Shown piece after piece: positions 16,342-20,000 of a DNA stretch of 20,000 nt. Source of the stretch: Candidatus Aminicenantales bacterium (GTDB taxonomy: Bacteria; Acidobacteriota; Aminicenantia; Aminicenantales; UBA4085); the NCBI GenBank assembly GCA_049515535.1, contig JBEKTZ010000001.1, positions 60,599 to 80,598 of the forward strand, in the 5' to 3' direction. The notes under the pieces are model-generated. The model saw only the letters and a list, made by a program, of their open reading frames with translations. It searched no databases and was not told where the DNA came from. A program made the translations under genes and the position numbers. Position 1 is the first letter of the stretch; each line of letters opens with the position of its first letter.

Positions 16342-16901
16342 TGGCCAAGGATGAGCTCAAAAAATATTTCGACATTCTGGAATTGCCCGCGGACGCTTCT
16401 CTTCGCGAAATTCACAAATCTTTTCTGCGTCTGAAAAAGATTTATTCCAATGAATCCATCGCGGTGACCCCTCTGGGCGAGGAATTCTCCGAAAAAAGGA
16501 GAAAGAAGATCCTCGAAGACGTGGAGGCGGCTTACGTCAAGCTTATCGCCGCCAAGAAGGACGAATCGTCCAGGACGGCGTTCCTTCCCGTCGAGGAGCC
16601 GGAGTTCACTCCGGATCAGGAGCGTATCGTTGACCCCGCGTATTCCGGCCCTTCCCTGCGGAAGATCCGGGAAAAGGCGGGCATCGAGTTAAGTGAGATC
16701 TCGAAGGAATTAAAGCTTCGCGTCGATCTCCTCAAGTCCCTCGAGGCCGAGAAATTCGAAGCCTTGCCGGAAGCGATTTATTTAAAAGTCCACCTCAAGA
16801 ATTACGCCGCGATGCTCGGCCTCGACCCCATCCGGGTCGCCGAGGAATATCTCAGGCGCCACAAAGCCTGGAAAGAAAATTCCGCCCCGCCCGAAAAGTA
16901 A
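16341..16901 (+). CDS. J-domain-like (HPD-less) N-terminus fused to a RodZ-type XRE/HTH domain
   Basis: KYFDILELPADASLREIHKSFLRLKKIYS...VEAAYVKL matches J-domain helices. GPSLRKIREKAGIELSEISKELKL..LKSLEAEKFEALPEAIYLKVHLKNYAAMLGLD is the RodZ-like HTH. TGATG overlap with the ATPase stop and GGAGG SD. Confidence 0.75.
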   Translation: MAKDELKKYFDILELPADASLREIHKSFLRLKKIYSNESIAVTPLGEEFSEKRRKKILEDVEAAYVKLIAAKKDESSRTAFLPVEEPEFTPDQERIVDPAYSGPSLRKIREKAGIELSEISKELKLRVDLLKSLEAEKFEALPEAIYLKVHLKNYAAMLGLDPIRVAEEYLRRHKAWKENSAPPEK

Positions 16902-16915
16902 GCTTCAGATCGGAC

Positions 16916-18373
16916 CTACCGGCGCTCGGGTTCGGCGTGAACGAGCACCCGGACCAAACCCGGGATCCTGTCTTTCAAGCGTTCCTCGATGCGGGTGGAA
17001 ACATCATGGACTTGGATGATCGAAAGCTGTTTCTCGAACTGGCAATGGAGCGTGACCGAGCATCTATCCGCATGACGCCGGATCATGACGTTGTGGCAGC
17101 GGGAGGCGCCGGCGATCTCGTTCGTCAGCCGCTTGACCGTCTCCACAAGATCCGGCTCCCGGGCCGTCACGTCCTCGCCGCTGCCCATGCCGGTGCCGCG
17201 GGATTCGATATGGGTGTTGATCTGGGCGATCTCGGGCATGTCCTCTTTCAGGTCCTTTTCCATACGCGTCGCCAGTTCGTGGGCCTGCTGCAGAGAGAGA
17301 TGGTCGTCGACTTCCAAATGGAGATCGGCGTAGACGCGGTCCCGGTCCTCGTGCAAGCTGATATTGTGCACGCTCATCTGGTTCCGGTAGGCTATGGCCC
17401 GGATCCGCTTGGCTTTGGTCTCGCGCTCGATCTCGCGCGGGTCGGTGTGAATGACGACGTCGGCGCCGGGAGCGACGCTCTGCACGCAGGCTTCCACCGA
17501 TTCGGCGATGGCGTGGGTCCGCTCAAAGGACAAATTGCGATCCACGTCCACGGTCATGTCTACGAAGACGCGGGGACCGGATCGCCGGAGCCGGATATGG
17601 CCGACGCTCAATACGCCCTCGAGCCCGCCGGCGGCAGCGGAGATCTTCTGGGCCAGCCCGTCGGGCGCCCGGTCCAACAGGACATCCACGGTCCGCTTGC
17701 CGAGCCGGTAGCTGACGAACAGGACGATGAACGCGACCCCCAGCGCGGAGGCGGCGTCGGCCTTCAGTAAAAGCGCCGCGTGGCGGGGAAAAACGTTTTT
17801 CCCGAGCCAGACGAGGACCAGGCCGCCGATGACCACGCTCGAGCTCCAGACGTCCGTCGAGAAGTGAAGGGCGTCGGCCTCCAAGGCCTGGCTGTGATGT
17901 TTCCGAGCGGCCCGGGAGAGCATCCGCGACCGGCTCACGTCGATCCCGATGGAAGCGATCATCACCAGGAAGGCATAGAGGCTGGGATCGATCTCTATGG
18001 CTTGAAAAGCGATGCGGTGGACGGCCTCATAGATGATCCAGGCACAGGTGACAAAGAGCAGCACGGTTTCGACAAGGGCGGAAAAGTTCTCGATCTTGCC
18101 GTGGCCGTAGGGATGGTCGCGATCGGCCGGCTTGTCCGAAACGCGCACGGCCAGGAAAGTGATAAAAGCCGCGATCAGGTCAAGGCCGGAATGCGCGGCC
18201 TCGGCCAGGATGCCCAGGCTTCCCGTGATCAGCCCCACGGCCAATTTCATGGACGTGAGGAAAAGAGCGGCGATGACGGAACTGCCCGCAGCGGACCTTT
18301 TCTCCTTTTCGGCGAGGCGCGTGGTCGAGGCTTCTTTCGAGGGCGACGTTTTCAAAGATAAGCTCCTCGGCAT
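16916..18373 (-). CDS. Cation diffusion facilitator (FieF/CzcD-like) with three tandem C-terminal dimerisation domains
   Basis: EAAHSGLD (HxxxD), KPADRDHPYGHGKIE, ADALHFSTD. Three C-terminal repeats end in IHTDP, THIES and VHAEP. Confidence 0.9.
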   Translation of the reverse strand: MPRSLSLKTSPSKEASTTRLAEKEKRSAAGSSVIAALFLTSMKLAVGLITGSLGILAEAAHSGLDLIAAFITFLAVRVSDKPADRDHPYGHGKIENFSALVETVLLFVTCAWIIYEAVHRIAFQAIEIDPSLYAFLVMIASIGIDVSRSRMLSRAARKHHSQALEADALHFSTDVWSSSVVIGGLVLVWLGKNVFPRHAALLLKADAASALGVAFIVLFVSYRLGKRTVDVLLDRAPDGLAQKISAAAGGLEGVLSVGHIRLRRSGPRVFVDMTVDVDRNLSFERTHAIAESVEACVQSVAPGADVVIHTDPREIERETKAKRIRAIAYRNQMSVHNISLHEDRDRVYADLHLEVDDHLSLQQAHELATRMEKDLKEDMPEIAQINTHIESRGTGMGSGEDVTAREPDLVETVKRLTNEIAGASRCHNVMIRRHADRCSVTLHCQFEKQLSIIQVHDVSTRIEERLKDRIPGLVRVLVHAEPERR

Positions 18374-18402
18374 CGGGCCTCAGCGCGCCACGCGCCAAAT
18401 GA

Positions 18403-19977
18403 TTACTTGAGCTTCACGATGTGCACGGCACCGTCGCCGTACTTCTTGGCCAGTCCGTCAATGGTCCGGCCGCCGAATTTCGCGGCCATAGCGTCGATCG
18501 TCGGCTGGTTCGGCAGTATTTTATCGGCGCCGGCCTTGCATTCATCGATGCTGCCGGCCACCATGATGATCATCTTATCCGGCTGCAGCCACTTCAGGGC
18601 GACCCGTTTGAGGTCGGCGACCGTCACCTTCTCGTACTTGGCCAGATAGGTGTCGTAGTAATCCATCGGACGGCCGTTGAATTCGAGGTTCGCGAAATTC
18701 TGGATGATGGAGCCGATTCCCGAGAACATGGAGGGGAACGCGTTGAGACGCGCGTTCTTGGCCATTTTGAGATCGGCCTCGCTGATGTCGCCGTTATGCA
18801 TCCCCTCGATCAGATCCAGCATGAGTTGCGCGGCGAAAACGACCGTCGGGTTCTTGGTCTGGCAAGATGCCGTGAAGGTCCCGGGATACAGCACGCCGGC
18901 TCCGGTCCCGCCGCCGCCGCCCCGCGGGCCGCCGCCCCCCCCACCGCCGCCGCTGAAGCTGGAGCTTGTGGAATAGGCGAGTCCGTTGTCGGTCCGCACG
19001 ACCTTGGTGATCCGCGAGGAGAACGAGCCTCCGCCCAGGACGTAGTTCATCAGGTCGACCGCCGGATAGTCGGGGTTGTCCACGGTCAAGCCCAGATGGC
19101 CGATCCGGATGATGCCCTGGTTCGGGATGACCTCGGGCTGCACCATATAAACGCCCGCCGCCGACGCCTGCACCACTTTTGAAACCGTCGGCGCGGCTTT
19201 CTCGGCCTTGCGCCATTTGCCGAAGGTGGCTTCCAGCTTTTTCATCATCTCCGGCTTCTTGAAATCGCCCGAGACGACCAGAATGGCGTTGTTGGCGCCC
19301 CAATATTTCTTGTGCCAGGCGACCAGGTCATCGCGGGTGATGCCGGTGATCGTCGCCTCGGTCGTCTCCTGGGTGATGGGCGAGTCTTCGCCGTAGATCA
19401 GCTTTTCATAAACGCGCGCGGCCACCTGCGAGACATTCTTGTTGCGGTTGCGGATCCCGGGCAGAGCCTGGTCCTTATCGCGTCGGAGCTTGTCGTCGGG
19501 GAAAGCCGGACTCGTCAAAATGTCCATCCAAATCTTCAGACCTTCGTCGAGATAGCGGATGTTGATGGAGAGGTTTCTGGCCGTCACGGTGCCGGCCAGA
19601 AAATCCATTCGCTCGTTGATCTGCTCGCCGGTCATCGTCGTGCTGCCGCCCACGCGCATGATCGAGGCGGTGAAACCGTCCACGCCCAGCTTGTTCTTGG
19701 GCTCGAGGAACGGCCCGGTCCGCATCATCAGCGTCGCGTTGAACCACGGGATTTCGTGATCCTCCGCGATATAGACCACGAGGCCGTTCGAGAGTTTTGT
19801 CCTGAATTCGGAAGGCTTGGGGACCTTGAAATTGAGCGGCGGGTACGTGAATTGCTCGGGGCGCGGTCCCTTGGGCGTCTGGGCCGTTTGTCCGGCCGCC
19901 TGCACGTCGATCGCGATCACAAACGCGAGCACGAGCAGGACCGGAATAAGCCATGAAGTGAAACGTCTTTTTAACAT
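18403..19977 (-). CDS. Exported M16 (pitrilysin/insulinase) family protein, non-catalytic subunit type
   Basis: Signal peptide ..IDVQA|. KLSNGLVVYIAEDHEIP, ITRDDLVAWHKKYW..ANNAILVVSGDF, LGGGSFSSRI..VRTDNGLAY, VTVADLKRVALKWL. No HxxEH. SD spacing favours ATG 19977 over 19983. Confidence 0.85.
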   Translation of the reverse strand: MLKRRFTSWLIPVLLVLAFVIAIDVQAAGQTAQTPKGPRPEQFTYPPLNFKVPKPSEFRTKLSNGLVVYIAEDHEIPWFNATLMMRTGPFLEPKNKLGVDGFTASIMRVGGSTTMTGEQINERMDFLAGTVTARNLSINIRYLDEGLKIWMDILTSPAFPDDKLRRDKDQALPGIRNRNKNVSQVAARVYEKLIYGEDSPITQETTEATITGITRDDLVAWHKKYWGANNAILVVSGDFKKPEMMKKLEATFGKWRKAEKAAPTVSKVVQASAAGVYMVQPEVIPNQGIIRIGHLGLTVDNPDYPAVDLMNYVLGGGSFSSRITKVVRTDNGLAYSTSSSFSGGGGGGGGPRGGGGGTGAGVLYPGTFTASCQTKNPTVVFAAQLMLDLIEGMHNGDISEADLKMAKNARLNAFPSMFSGIGSIIQNFANLEFNGRPMDYYDTYLAKYEKVTVADLKRVALKWLQPDKMIIMVAGSIDECKAGADKILPNQPTIDAMAAKFGGRTIDGLAKKYGDGAVHIVKLK

Positions 19978-20000
19978 CGTCATATCCTTTCCGGAAAGTG

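Noticed and set aside
15255..16901. Possible genomic island integrated at tRNA-Gln (locally lower GC)
   Set aside because: No integrase and no duplicated tRNA 3' end were seen in the window, and the downstream genes do not look mobile.
19960..19977. Twin-arginine (KRRF) in the M16 signal peptide
   Set aside because: It does not fit S/T-R-R-x-F-L-K and looks like an ordinary Sec signal.

Overview
GC-rich bacterial chromosomal window of mostly core genes. The lineage cannot be established from the sequence; gene style suggests Acidobacteriota/Aminicenantes or a deltaproteobacterium-like lineage (inference only). Gene order: Na+/solute symporter and HDAC-family deacetylase (+); secreted FecR-like/Trp-rich protein (+); PBP1A (-); tmk (-); HtrA/DegP-dapF (+); then, reading leftward on the minus strand, LPG-synthase-TM/flippase-like gene, nrdR, hsp20, lon; tRNA-Gln(CTG) (+); MinD/FlhG-like ATPase coupled to a J-like/HTH protein (+); a CDF transporter with three C-terminal domains (-); a non-catalytic M16 peptidase subunit (-). 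The most striking signal is the DapF homologue, in which both catalytic cysteines are serines while the substrate-binding motifs are intact. Other signals are two multi-hairpin intergenic elements (about 4496-4669 and 14947-15138) that look like non-autonomous REP/IS200-IS605-type palindromic elements or structured RNAs, an ATPase/HPD-less J-domain/HTH module, and a palindromic operator candidate ahead of hsp20-lon. No transposase, integrase, CRISPR array or rRNA was seen.
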